From NCBI RefSeq assembly GCF_006345805.1, contig NC_043004.1:37696001-37760000 (forward strand): a DNA stretch of 64,000 nt, written 5' to 3'. Shown here piece by piece: positions 36,355-49,313 of the stretch. Positions within the stretch are counted from its first letter, which is position 1; each line of letters opens with the position of its first letter. A program made the position numbers and the translations under genes. A model generated the notes under the pieces. The model made no database searches. It was not told where the DNA came from and saw only the letters and a program-made list of their open reading frames with translations. The stretch comes from Octopus sinensis. Its lineage: Eukaryota.

Positions 36355-38226
36355 CAGTCTTTACGATCCCAGTTTCTCTACGTTTTGGCCCTCGAGCCGT
36401 TGCTGAGGAGGTTGGAAACTATGAGGGGCACTCCGCAAGATCTAGGGTGCGGAAAGTCAGCTTCGGCGTATGCGGACGACATCACCGTCATCGTATCCCG
36501 AGTCGAGCACCTACAGTGGGTGGGTGAAGCCTTAAGGGATTACGAAGCGGTGGCAGGAGCGAAAGTCAACCGGGATAAATCGGTCGGCTTGCAACTCGGC
36601 ACCTGGAGGGGCAAGTCGATGTCTTCCGACAACGTCGTAGGACGTTGGACGGAAGGGCCAGTGAAAATGCTTGGAATCTGGTTAGGTCCGGATCTCCAGA
36701 TAGAGAAGAATTGGAGCGAGGCGGCGAGAAAGGTGGCTCTCCTAACTCAGACCTGGTCTGAGCGGAAGCTGTCCTTGAAGGGGGGGGCGGAGGTTGCAGA
36801 GGTGTTTATCGCCTCTGTAATCATTTACCGCCTGACCGTCATGCCTTGCCCTGATTCGTGGCTGAACAAGCTGGAACGCATGCTCTTTCGCTTTTTGTGG
36901 AGGGGCAGCAGACCTCTTGTAAGGCACTCTATTTGCTGCAAAAAGCCGCTGAAGGGTGGGTTAGGGATGCCGTGGCTAAAAATGTGCAGACATGCGCTCA
37001 GGCTTAGGCACCTCTGGCTTTACTTGGACGGTGAGCAGGTGTGGTCTCTGTTCGTCAAGCTATTATTTCCACAGTTCACATCGTTTACCAAACTGAACCC
37101 ATGGATCAAGTGTAGACCGAGGTTGGGCATGTGGCATGTAGAGTGCCATCAGGCACTCATGCCTCTCTCCCAGTCGGGCAACGCCGGTGGCGGGGATACT
37201 ACCTCGTTCTTCTATAGAGGGTTAGTAGAATTTAAGTGTAACGACGTCCTGGGTGAAACTCTGGGCTTCGACGAAGATCAACTGGCCAGACTATTCCAAA
37301 GAACATTCAGTCCAGGGTCTATGGATAATTACTAAAAGTCCCTGGCCTGGCAATGTTACAGAGGAGCTTTACCGGTTTGAGATAAGCTCTTTAGACATAG
37401 GTGTGCACCTTCGTCGGTTTGTGCAAGATGTGAGAGGGACAGTGAAACTGTCCTGCACGCGATTGTGAATGCCCCAAGGTGACTGAACTCTGGGCTTATG
37501 TCGAACACCTGCTGTCGCATTCGAGAAGAGTACAACTGTCGAGCGAATCTGTAATTAAGATCGTTCCGCCGACCTCCCTGAGTAGGGAGGAGCGAGCCTG
37601 TTTTCTCTCGGTAGTTGCTGGGGCGATAGAGGTAGTATGGAAGACGAGAGTGAAAGGAATTGCAACAGGCATATTTATCTCCAGTCTCGAGCTAATCGAC
37701 TTTTTCATTTTCCATATGAAACAGAAAATAAGGCTGGAGAAGAAATGCCTGTCGCAAAGTGTGTTTCGTAAAAGATGGAAGTATATAGCAAGTATGTTGC
37801 AAGTGAAAGAACCTGTTTAAACGAGAATGTAAAAAAAGGAGAAAGCAAAGTCTTCAGTGTGAGTATGTGGTTTGTGGGGTCAACCGCGTCCTCTGCTTCA
37901 TTTTTTGTTAATCACTCATTATATATATTTTAATTGCTTGTTTATTCATACGTTTCGTCTCATTCGACACCCTGACCCCAACGTTTGTTTTGTCTGTCCC
38001 CGTATTGTCCCCTCTTTTTCTCAACCTTATGGTGAATAAAGAAATACTCTCTCTCTCTCTCTGGCCCACAATGGGCACAATACATGATAATGTTTATAAT
38101 ATGGAGCTCTATCATTTATATTTACCCCTCCGCCTCTTCAACAATTTCTCATGTCGATATGACACAGGGAACGGAAGCATTGTAACTATGCTTCCATCTC
38201 TGAAGATGTGTTTAATAGTAATAAAA
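36355..38226 (+). mobile_element. 5'-truncated L1/Tx1-clade LINE (RT C-terminal half, Zn-knuckle, 3' UTR)
   Basis: LYVLALEPLLRRL, SAYADDITV, LGIWLG, LSLKG, RFLWRG, GGLGMP; CARCERDSETVLH; GC-rich relative to flanks; AATAAA at 38220. Confidence 0.92.
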
Positions 38227-38286
38227 TTTATACTTAACACAATGATTTTTTACATTTAATAATTTTTCAATTTGCCTCCTCATCAG

Positions 38287-38368
38287 GTAACAGGAAGTAA
38301 CAAAGGGATTGGCTATGCCATTGTCAGAAATCTGTGTAAAAAGTTCAAAGGAGATGTGATAGCAACAG
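38287..38368 (+). CDS. CBR1: Carbonyl reductase exon 2
   Basis: catcag|GTA...ACAG|gtaagt; VTGSNKGIGYAIVRNLCKKFKGDVIAT contains the TGxxxGIG motif. Confidence 0.95.
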
Positions 38369-38439
38369 GTAAGTTTGTTATTTTACTTAGACGAACTTAT
38401 TGTTATTGTTTTACAACCACCACAACTATTATTGTTGTT

Positions 38440-38766
38440 ATTATTATTATTATTGTTTATGGGTTTTTCTTCTTCTTTCAAATTTGCTTCCATTTCTTGC
38501 CGGGTGTCTTCCCGACTCCTAGGGCAAAGAAACTCATTGTATACATTGGTAGGCCATTAAACTAAACTCACTAGTTTTTTTTGTTTTGATAGAAATAAAG
38601 TAAAATTAGAATACATGGGTAGTAATAGTTCTCACATCAACAATGCTCTTCTCAATACGTGTGATGTACCAGTTAAGACAATCTTTTGCACTTCTTGCAG
38701 GGATGGTAAGCCAGGGATCATTCTGATATAATTTTCGGTTCCATTCTTGATCATTCCTAGTGCTCC

Positions 38767-38770
<4 letters not shown>
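38440..38770 (-). mobile_element. R4/Dong-type LINE 3' end in a (TAA)n tract
   Basis: GALGMIK...LQEVQKIVLTGTSHVLRRAL* resembles the RLE-LINE C-terminus; (TTA)n on both sides (38420-38460 and 38769-38832). Confidence 0.75.
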
Positions 38771-38832
<62 letters not shown>

Positions 38833-38834
<2 letters not shown>

Positions 38835-39062
38835 GGTGGTGAACCGGCAGAATTGTTAGCAGGCTGGACAAAATGCTTTGCAATATTTCGCCTGTTGCTC
38901 CGATCTGAGTTCAAATCCCACCAAAGTCAACTTTACCTTTCATTCTTTCAGGGCCAATAAAATAACTAGCAGTTGAACACTGGGGTCGATGTAATCGCCT
39001 AATTCCCCTCCCCCCCACCCCGCAAAAAAATTGCTGCCCATGTGGAAATATTTGAAATCATT
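38833..39062 (+). mobile_element. SINE family B, near full length
   Basis: aggtggtgaaccggcagaattgttagc...gagttcaaatccc...ggggtcgatgtaatc. Confidence 0.8.
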
Positions 39063-39812
39063 ATTATTATTGAGGCTGGAAGCACCACGGCAGAATCATC
39101 ACACTGTTGGTCAAAATGCCTTGTAGTATTTGTTCTGGATCTTTCTGTTCTGGATCTTTCTGTTCTGAATTGAAATCCCTCAGTTTGTCTTCCACCTCTC
39201 CAGGATCAGGTCAGCAAAATGGCACCAGAGAACAACTGGGATAGATATAATCGGCTCTTCTCCATTCCAGGTTTATAGGTCTTGTGCCTAAATTAGATTA
39301 TAATTATTTAATAATACATTACACACCTTCTCATAATCTGGTCTAGCAGTATTTGTGAAGGAGAAGCACAGGGGGCATCAGTGACGATGGGCACCTCGCT
39401 AGTTGTCACCTTCATGGGAATGTGATCAGTGTAGACGTAACAGTTTGTGATGTATGATTTAGTGTTACATCATGGACATACATGTTCTCATGACTTCTGT
39501 AATAATACAAGGCTATACCAAAGTCCTGTAGAGGGTGCAAAGAGGAACTCCGTAACATTCAGTATCCCTGTCAGATGACCGAGCTGCTACACATATGGGA
39601 GCCAAACCGTTTAAGGGCATTCTATATAGAAACCTGTCTAAAACAAAAACAAAAAGAACAAACCATGTATCAATCAAGTATTAACCCCCAACTGATCATA
39701 CCCTCACAATACAATCCATGTATATACATACCTTAATAGTTTTGGTGTTGTTCATATTGTTAATATCTTGTATCATTTTCTTCATCGTAATCGGAGCTCC
39801 TTGAATCTAAAC

Positions 39813-40082
39813 CATTGGTTCTCAACCATTTCTTACATGTGGACCCCTTTGATTCCAGTTTTACTCGGGTGGTCCCTTGTAGCCATTTGATGTTTAAAAA
39901 AAGATCCTATTTCATTTTCATAACTAAATATTTTTAGGAACTGCATAAAAAATTGTTAAAACATTTTATGCATTGCAGAAATACAATTTATTGCAGACAA
40001 ATTTTAACAACAAAATGTTAGGGTTAGGGTTATACAGACCCCACCTCCCAAAAGCTATCTGGACCCTGGTTGAGAACCAGTG
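39813..40082. mobile_element. hAT (Charlie-type) MITE
   Basis: TIRs CATTGGTTCTCAACC / GGTTGAGAACCAGTG; exact TSD ATCTAAAC. Confidence 0.9.
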
Positions 40083-40169
40083 ATCTAAACTATAGAATAA
40101 ATAAATTTTTCTTCTACAGTGTGTGACGTTTTCATCAATACAACTGTCTTCCATTTTTTTTCTTGCAAG

Positions 40170-40348
40170 CTCGTGATGTTGGACGTGGTGAAGCAGCTAT
40201 TGCAAAACTTAATGAAGAAGGATGTCACCCCAAATTCCATCAACTCGAGATCACAGACTCTAAAAGTATTTCTGCTTTAGCAAAATATTTGAAAGAAACT
40301 TATGGAGGTGTGGATATTCTCGTTAACAATGCTGCTATTCTTTATCAG
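40170..40348 (+). CDS. CBR1: Carbonyl reductase exon 3
   Basis: ttgcaag|CT...CAG|gtaata; ARDVGRGEAAIAKL...FHQLEI...YGGVDILVNNAAILYQ. Confidence 0.95.
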
Positions 40349-40656
40349 GTAATAAACACCTTCTAGTTCTAGTTGTTTTTAGTGTTTAGCCCAAGGTCAA
40401 ATTTAATCCAAGCATATCATCCTCATCATCATCATCGTTTAACGTCCGTTTTCCGCGCTAGCACGCGTTGGGGAATCATATTCTTATTTCGACTTGAGGT
40501 GTCTAGGGCTACATCATCCAAAATGTGTCCCACTTTTTCCCTAAGATACTAGTGTGTGGTTTAAGTAAAATATATCTGACTTTTCTAACAAGGTGAGAGA
40601 AAATACAGAGGCTTCGTCAATGTTGATGCATTATGTGTGTGTGTATACACACACAC

Positions 40657-40733
<77 letters not shown>

Positions 40734-41004
40734 GAAGCTGAAAACATTTAAAATATTTTTGTGTCTTTATATAGACATGCAATTCAAATGAATTGCTTGT
40801 TCCATCAGTGGATCGACCAAAGAGATAGAATTTTAACTTTAAATCCTTGTACAGCATTTTATTAATTAAATCATACGATAATTTTTTTTTTAAATGCTGT
40901 TCCATAAAACAGAAAATGGTGACAACAAACATATATACAATCCACCAACCAGAGACAGAGGACTAAATAAGTAGTTACGTTTCAGAAATCTTAACCTTAT
41001 AATA

Positions 41005-41290
41005 ATATAATAATAATAAACATTGTGTACAGTGCTCAGGTGCACTACAACTCATCTAAAGTGCATATATAATCAGGTGTAGTTTCGACGGATTTCGGAA
41101 AGCATGAGGGCCTTAAAGGATGCAGTGTCATGGCAGTCAACAACTGACGCAGGCAGTTTATTCCATGTTTCAGCAACTCTGAGCGTGAAGAAATGTTTCC
41201 GAAAGTCATGGGAGCTGTGTTGTTTTCTGACTTTGTAGGCATGTCCACGTGTGTTAGACACATGGAGATCAAAAAGGTGTTCAGTGTTGT
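41005..41290 (-). mobile_element. CR1-clade LINE 3' end
   Basis: NTRGHAYKVRKQ...RKHFFTLRVAETWNKLPASVV...SFK. Confidence 0.85.
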
Positions 41291-41549
41291 TATCTACGTG
41301 TTCATCCTTCTACATATATAAGTAACATATATATGAATTGATAAGCCCACATGTGACATCCAAAGGTACATCTTTTTCCTCTGATGAAATTATACTCATG
41401 TCACATAAATGTAAATTTAATGCATAGATTTCTAATTAAATTATTGAGTATTAATTGAAACGGCTGCAAAAAGTCAAGATAACCAATTTGTTGTTAATAA
41501 TAAACAATTATTAACTTCCTAATCTCCACTTTCTTTTCTTCTTATATAT

Positions 41550-41972
<423 letters not shown>

Positions 41973-42438
41973 CATACATACATACATACATATCAGCTCA
42001 GAAAAATATAAAAATTATGAATTTTGGAAAATACACAATTTTCAACAAAATTTTCTCTGAAAGTTTAAGGGACATATGTATGCTATGTGATTAACATGTC
42101 TACAAGTTAATCATAATGAATATATCATATTATGTAAATTAGCGAAATCTTATGAAATAAAATATGTATAAATAATTGACCCAAAACAATAGGTTTGTAA
42201 TTTTTTTTTTTTGTTTCCACCTTAAAATTTTGCATTAATTAGAATTAGAATTTGATATATTATAATTATTTTAAGAGCCCTGTTACAGCCTTCGTCTCAT
42301 AGTAAACTGCAGCAACAGCATCATCATCAGCTTCATCACCAGTAATAGCAGTTGCAGCAGCAGGAGTGGTGGTGGTAGTAGTAGTAGTAGGAGTAGGAGG
42401 AGGATATCAACTAACAGTGTATAATTTCTTTTGTTTAG

Positions 42439-42551
42439 GAAGATTCAACAGTCCCCCTTGGTGAGCAAGCAGAGGAGACATTAAGATGTAACTTTACTGC
42501 AACTTTGAATGTCTGTCAAGAAATCTTTCCGCTGTTGCGTCCTCATGCCAG
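42439..42551 (+). CDS. CBR1: Carbonyl reductase exon 4
   Basis: gtttag|GAA...AG|gtattt; EDSTVPLGEQAEETLRCNFTATLNVCQEIFPLLRPHA. Confidence 0.93.
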
Positions 42552-42578
42552 GTATTTATGCGTGCGTGTGTATATATC

Positions 42579-42615
<37 letters not shown>

Positions 42616-42631
42616 TTGTGTGTGAGTGCAT

Positions 42632-42859
42632 GAAGGCACATGGTTCAGTGCTTAGAGCGTCGAGCTTATGATCGAGAGGTTGTGAGTTCAATTCCTGGAC
42701 TGGGTTGCGTGTTATGTTCTTGAGCAAGACACTTTATTTCACGTTGCTCCAGTTAACTCAGCTGTAAAAATAAGTTGCGGCATCACTGGTGCCATGCTGT
42801 ATTGGCCTTTGCCTTTCCCTTGGATAACACTGGTGGCATGGAGAGGGGAGGCTGGTATG

Positions 42860-42860
<1 letters not shown>
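42632..42860 (+). mobile_element. SINE family C
   Basis: ggttcagtgcttagagc...gagttcaattcctggac...ttgagcaagacac; second copy at 44785-45030. Confidence 0.8.
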
Positions 42861-42891
<31 letters not shown>

Positions 42892-42962
42892 CACACACAC
42901 ACACACATGTATATATACACACAAACATATATACATATATATACACACATATATACCTACAC

Positions 42963-43013
<51 letters not shown>

Positions 43014-44071
43014 ATATATACATATATATAATTGAGATTCAGTTGAATCAGGTACTTAATTTGAAGCACCAAGTAAGTCTGGTATTATATGCACAGCTCA
43101 AAGTAAGATGAATAAAATCTAAATAAGCAACAGGGTACATAGAAGTAATGCAGTATGACAGTTTCAAGCAACTCAGTTTAATTGAACAATGCAATGTTTA
43201 CATCAATTTAAATGCAGAGCTGTGTTCAGCTGCACAAATAAACAGAATTCTAATCAATTGGACACATTTATATAAATTTTCTCAAATACTTTAACAGAGA
43301 AAGAAGATGGAAGAAATCCAAGTTGTTACTATTGTAGCTAAGAATAGACTATACTTCCAAGAAAGCATGAAGCCCACGGGGGTCATAGCATGTAAAGGAT
43401 TGTGGTTCATTTCTAATTTGTTTTTGTTTTATCAACTACTAGGTCATAAATATTGTCAATACATTACAAATAGTAAATTGGGTATACTGTCTATAAAAGG
43501 AGGCTGGATAGGGGAGACCCTAAATCATTATGTTAATTACCAGTTAAAGGGGCAAGACACTAATAAAACCTATGATGTTAATACAGTGGAAATTTTATCA
43601 TGGGGTACTATGAGTGATTGTATGCACCAACACACATATACACATGCATATACGCACGTTCACAAATGTATTGAAGGAATATGTGATGTGGCCTAGTTGT
43701 ATAAGTATTGCTTTAACAATCACAAGATCATCGTTTCAGTTTCTGGACCGAGCAGTAAGTTTTATTCTTGGATGAAACACTTCATTTCATGCTGCTCCAC
43801 TTCATTAAGATTTAAATGAGTTCCAGTAATAAGGGCCAAGCCTAATATTCTCAATGTGGTCTGTGATCACTTCGACATCGCACATGTGGCACACCATGCA
43901 CCTGTACAAGTATTTGATCACTATAAACATATCATCTGTGCAAGTTATTCAGCAAAATGTTACGTAATCTTCATCTGTTGTTTGCAATAGGAGAGTTCAC
44001 CAATACCGTAATCATTTTCTGTATCTGACAGGCTACAAAACAGTCAAATATATTTGTGTTTTATGCTTTAG

Positions 44072-44200
44072 GGTGGTTAATGTTTCCAGTGACTCCGGTG
44101 AAATGGCACTTGAGAGATGTTCAAAAGACCTGAGAGAAAAATTCACTTCTAACACCTTGACTATTCCTCAGCTGGTAAATTTGATGGCACAGTTCGTAAC
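44072..44200 (+). CDS. CBR1: Carbonyl reductase exon 5
   Basis: ctttag|G...AC|gtaagt; RVVNVSSDSGEMALERCSKDLREKF...LMAQFV contains the catalytic Ser motif NVSS. Confidence 0.95.
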
Positions 44201-44279
44201 GTAAGTATAATGGATTATATCTCTTGAATGCATTTAAGTTGTTAATATTATAATACAAAGTTACGTTTCTGTGTTTGAA

Positions 44280-45030
44280 TGCTACCGGGCCCGACTTTTC
44301 CTTTCATCTTTTGGGGGTTGATAAAATAAGTAGCAGTTGATTATTGAGGTCGATTTAATCGATTTAACTCCTTCCCCGAAATTGCTGGCCTTGTGCTAAA
44401 ATTTGAAACCAGTATTATAATACAAAATAAGGTGGGTGAGCGGGCAGAATTGTTACCATCCCAAGCAAAATGTTTAGCAGCATTTTATCTGTTTTTACGT
44501 TCTGAGTTTAAATGCCACCAAGGTTGACTTTGCCTTTCATCCTTTCAGCATTGATAAAATAAGTACCACTTGAGCACTGTTGTCAATGTAATCGACTTAC
44601 CTGCTCTCCTAAAATTTCTGGCCTTGTGCCAAAATTTTAAAACAATGTTATAATACAAGGTTCAAGTTTACATTATTTTAATGCCCAACCCATGCTGTTC
44701 CTGTCCCAATAGTGATAGGAAGAGATAGATTCTATGTGTAGGTGTGTGATTTATATTTTTAAAAATACTACTCATTCATTAGTGAAGGTGCATGGCTCAG
44801 TGGTTAGAGGTAGTGAATTTGATTCCCAGACCAGGCTGTGTGTTGTGTTCTTGAGCAAGACATTTTCTTTTACATTGCTTCAGTTCACTCAGTTATAGAA
44901 ATGAGTTGCCACGTTACTGGTACCAAGTCTTGGATAACATCGTTGGATAACATCGTTGGCATGGAGAGGGGAGGCCAGTATACATGAGTGACTGCTGGTC
45001 TTCCATAAAAACCTTGCCCGAACTTGTGCA
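44280..45030 (+). mobile_element. Cluster of SINE B (x2) and SINE C copies
   Basis: Family blocks at 44280-44415, 44430-44650 and 44785-45030. Confidence 0.75.
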
Positions 45031-46955
45031 ATCCTACACCTACTATTTCCATTATATGTATTAAAAAAAAAAACAAAGAACTTTACAGAACTGAGTTAGC
45101 TAACTGCTTTATTGTTTGGTTTACTGAAGTCAATGAAACAATTGTTTTGTTGACACAACAAAACAATTGTGGCCCCCAATAAAACCAGTCTTGTGTCATG
45201 CCAATTCCATGTTAGCAACTACTGGTTTATTTGCATGTACAGTGGAAACCTTCTGTAACAGTCTTTGCCGAAACTAACTCTCAGGAATCCCACAAGAAGC
45301 AATTGTCTTACATCTCAATAGTTATTTCTCTTACATCTTGAATGGCATTGCTGCAGTACATGCAAGCAACCTAGATCTCATCAGAAGAGTTCCACCCATC
45401 TGAATGGCTTAAAGATACTCCCCAGTTACACTGTCTTCTCACTTTGCCTCTTGTACCACTACTTTAATAGACTCTACTTCTTGGAGTTTGCAAACTTCAT
45501 ACTCCCTTTACTCATCCGTTCTGCCCAACTTGTCTTTTCTGATCTCATCATTCTTTTGTTTATAAATCTCCAAAGACTGCACTAATCACTATGCCTAGTT
45601 CATCCTTCAGGGAATGTTGGCCTTCTGGAATACCTTTTTTGCTTATATTTGTTGGTTTATAGGTTTAAGAGGAACTTATAGGTATTTATCCCCCTAATAT
45701 AGGAGAATCTGTTAATCCCAAAGGCACGGCCTCTCCAGACTCAGCAGACAGAATATGTTGCCGGATGCCACTACCTCTCCTCTGTGTCATGTCTCACTGA
45801 TGTTCATACTCTTTTAATACTATTCTTGCAACTATCCCTCACTCCATTACTTGCAAATGTGGAGCTGCTATAAGTGTCTTTTCCATTATCTTCTGTCATT
45901 ATTGACACTCTTTATTATTTTTCCTGGAACTGTCTCCCTGCTCTTCAACAGTTTTGCTCTAATCCTGTTTCCTTTTCCAAATTCTTGCTCTGTATGTCCT
46001 TCTAACCCTAGATAATTTTCCACAAATGCCATCTTTTATATCTAATTTATTTGTCATCCAGCCCTAATTGAACATAGACAACATAGAACAGTGAAGATCC
46101 CAATACAAGCTAACCACACTTCAACTGGTTCCACAATAAAAAAAACATCTACTAAAAGGGTTAACGAATGATTGGGGTCTAAGATAGGTTCGAGTGGCCC
46201 CCTTTTTCTTATCTCATTAATGACATAATATCCCTAGTGCTGGTACCGCAGTAAAATGCACCCAGTTCATTCTGTAAAATAGTAGATATTAAGAATAACA
46301 TGCAATCAAAACAATCCTACCAAAGTGAAACAAACAAGTGGGGCATTCCACTCCTGACCACATCTAGGAGGACTATACCTCTAAAATAGAATTACTTGAA
46401 CAGTGACAACCTGTTCCACTCATGCCAGCATGAAAAGCACATGTAAAAATGATTGTGTTGGTGATATTATTGGTTTTGTACTGGACGTCTTGAATAAACA
46501 TCTCAATGACAATGCTGTTGTGGGAGAAGAGGAAGGAGCGGAAGGGGGAGGGAAAAAACAGATTGTGAATAAAGCATTTTATAAATTTGACCTATTACAA
46601 TGTTCGACACATCCTATTTGCTGAATGTTATATAATAAATATTGTAATACAATAAATATTGTAATACACTACTGCTAATGGGAAAGCATCTGTGGTTTGT
46701 TGCTGTTCAGGAAATAACAGCTAAATGTCTTTCACATCAAAACTTGTTGATTTAAAAAGTGGATACATTGGAAAGTACTATCCCTTGGAAAAAAAAAGCC
46801 TCAATGATCATAGCTTAAATTCCTTTGGTTATAGATAGGTTAGTTCGATCAAGATGAGTTGGGGCTAAACAATTGTATCACCAGAGCATCTTATTATACA
46901 CTTAATTTGTTGACTTATTTATTTATATATGCATATATTTTTAATTTTATTTCAG

Positions 46956-47106
46956 TGATGTGAAAAATGGTGATTATAAAGCAAAGGGTTGGCCTTCATT
47001 TGTTCATAGTATATATGGTGTTTCTAAGACTGGAGTAACTACTATGTCCATAATTCAGCAGAAAGTTCTTGACAGTGAAAGCAAAGAAGACATTGTTGTC
47101 AATGCA
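46956..47106 (+). CDS. CBR1: Carbonyl reductase exon 6
   Basis: tttcag|T...GCA|gtaatt; DVKNGDYKAKGWPSFVHSIYGVSKTGVTTMS...DIVVNA contains the catalytic YxxxK. Confidence 0.95.
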
Positions 47107-47689
47107 GTAATTATCAATTATTTTATTTCATTTATTTATTATCAATTTTAAAATATTAGACACAGCTAACCAACAGTATATTGGATAAATACTATCCCAT
47201 AGTGGGTTACACCCATAACCCCTATCTTACTTTGTACTATATATATATATATGTATGTATATATATGTATACATATATGTATATATATATGTATATATGT
47301 ATATGCATATATATGTGTATGTATATATGTATGTATATATATGTGTATGTATATATATATATAACGTAGAGTAGATGAAAGCTTTAGCGACTGAAGAAGG
47401 GGTTTTTTCCTTGTGTTAATTGTCCTGTATTCTATATTATTTTTTTGTTGTTTTTAAATATATGTCCAGTTCCTTTGGTTTGTGTCTGTTTTCGTCTCTC
47501 ATTGTGTTCGACGTCCTTTTGGTGTCCTGTACTCATATATGCGTGTATAAGTACATGTAGAGGTAGGTACGTACATACATGTTTATATATATGCATATGT
47601 TTACATATATGTATATGTATACATATATGTATATGCATATATATGTGTATGCATACATGTACGTATATATATGTGTATGTATATATATA

Positions 47690-47734
<45 letters not shown>

Positions 47735-47900
47735 GTATATATATATACATGTGTATTTATGTATGTATATATATGTATATATATATGTATATGTATATAA
47801 ATATAATAAAGGCTCCCAAATAAGGAAGCAAGTGCTAGAAACACAAAGAGGGATAAATTCATCAAAGGAATGAAAATCAAAAACATTTACCATTATAGAT

Positions 47901-47984
47901 GTATCCCAGACTGATCAGTTTCTACCTCTTTCTAGCAAAACATACAGAATATGTTTGTCCAGGCAAGGTTTGTCAGTGGGTAGC
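47901..47984 (-). ncRNA. Type-I hammerhead motif with long stem II (G8A variant)
   Basis: UACCCA-CUGACAA-ACCUU...AAACAUA(UUCUG)UAUGUUU...GAGGU-A-GAAAC-UGAUCA-GUC-UGGG(A)UA. Confidence 0.6.
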
Positions 47985-48301
47985 CTTCTAAATCCTAGAT
48001 GCACAGAGCGTTAGAGCATGTGTAGTTCTAATGGTTTGTAAATCTTAACTTTCCAAACCTCCGCGCAGACGCAAAACATACCTGGCGGCAGAGAGCATGC
48101 CGGTAAAAAATTTTACTAACAAATTTATCAAGTAATATGTAAACATGTGTTTAATTATGTTTACATGTTTATATATGTATATGTATATATGTATATGTAT
48201 ATATGTATATATGTATATATGTATATATGTATATATATGTATATATGTATATATGTATATGTGTATATATATGTGTGTATATATATATATATATATAATA
48301 T

Positions 48302-48333
<32 letters not shown>

Positions 48334-49023
48334 GTGTATATATATATATGTATATATATATGTGTGTATATATATATATATATAATATATATATAATATA
48401 TATATATATATTCCCACCCTTCCCTATTCTTCTCTCCTCTTCACCGTTCCCTCTCTCTCACTCTTCCTCCTTGACTCTCTTGTCGTTGACACGTGACGGA
48501 AGGGAATCTATGTTTCTGCCAATTTCCTTCCTAAAGACAACATGTGCTTATACCTGTCTCCTCTCATAAGCTCATCCTCCTAGTGTTCACAATAATTTTT
48601 CTATCATCTTAGCTTAATAGCCCACACCATTTGTTTTTACTGTCATGTTCTAACTGTCCTGTTCTTGTTACCACTTTCACCCACCGCAAACAATCCCAAA
48701 TTTTGATTAATTTGCTTTGTGGGAAAGACTTTTTCAACAAAGTTGTGTATTGTCATTGCCTTCGAAACGCAGAGTAGATGAAACAAGGACAACTGATGAA
48801 GGGGAATATTCTTTATGTTGCATGTCTCGTTTCTCTGTTTTTTCGTTGTTCGAAAAAAGTTCGTTTTCTATGCTTTCGTTTTTATGTTTTCATTTCTCAT
48901 TGTGTTCAACATTTTTTTTGATGTCCTGTACCCATATATGCATATATATATACATATATATGTAGCTATGTACATATGTGTATGTATATATGCATATATT
49001 TATATATCATTCACACACACACA

Positions 49024-49108
<85 letters not shown>

Positions 49109-49174
49109 GGTCCCGGGTTGAGTCGGGGTTAACCACAGTAAATAAGGTACTCAATACATAGCAGAGTAAAGTAA

Positions 49175-49313
49175 TTTATTTTATAGAAGGAGCTTCTACA
49201 GGACTAGAACTGTTTCATTCAGATGAAATCTTCAGGAAGCTCAGGAAGCTTCCTGAAGATTTCATCTGAATGAAACAGTTCTAGTCCTGTAGAAGCTCCT
49301 TCTATAAAATAAA
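49175..49313. repeat. Perfect 67-bp inverted repeat (5-nt spacer)
   Basis: 49175-49241 is the exact reverse complement of 49247-49313; the centre has a tandem caggaagct duplication. Confidence 0.95.

Noticed and set aside
40018-40032. TTAGGGTTAGGGTTA telomere-like repeat
   Set aside because: Only 2.5 units, internal to a MITE.
48765-48830. CGAAACGC...GTA...CTGATGAAGGGG, a possible type-II hammerhead (related CTGAAGAAGGGG at 47391)
   Set aside because: No stem I pairing, and no GAAA follows the CUGA box; at most a remnant.
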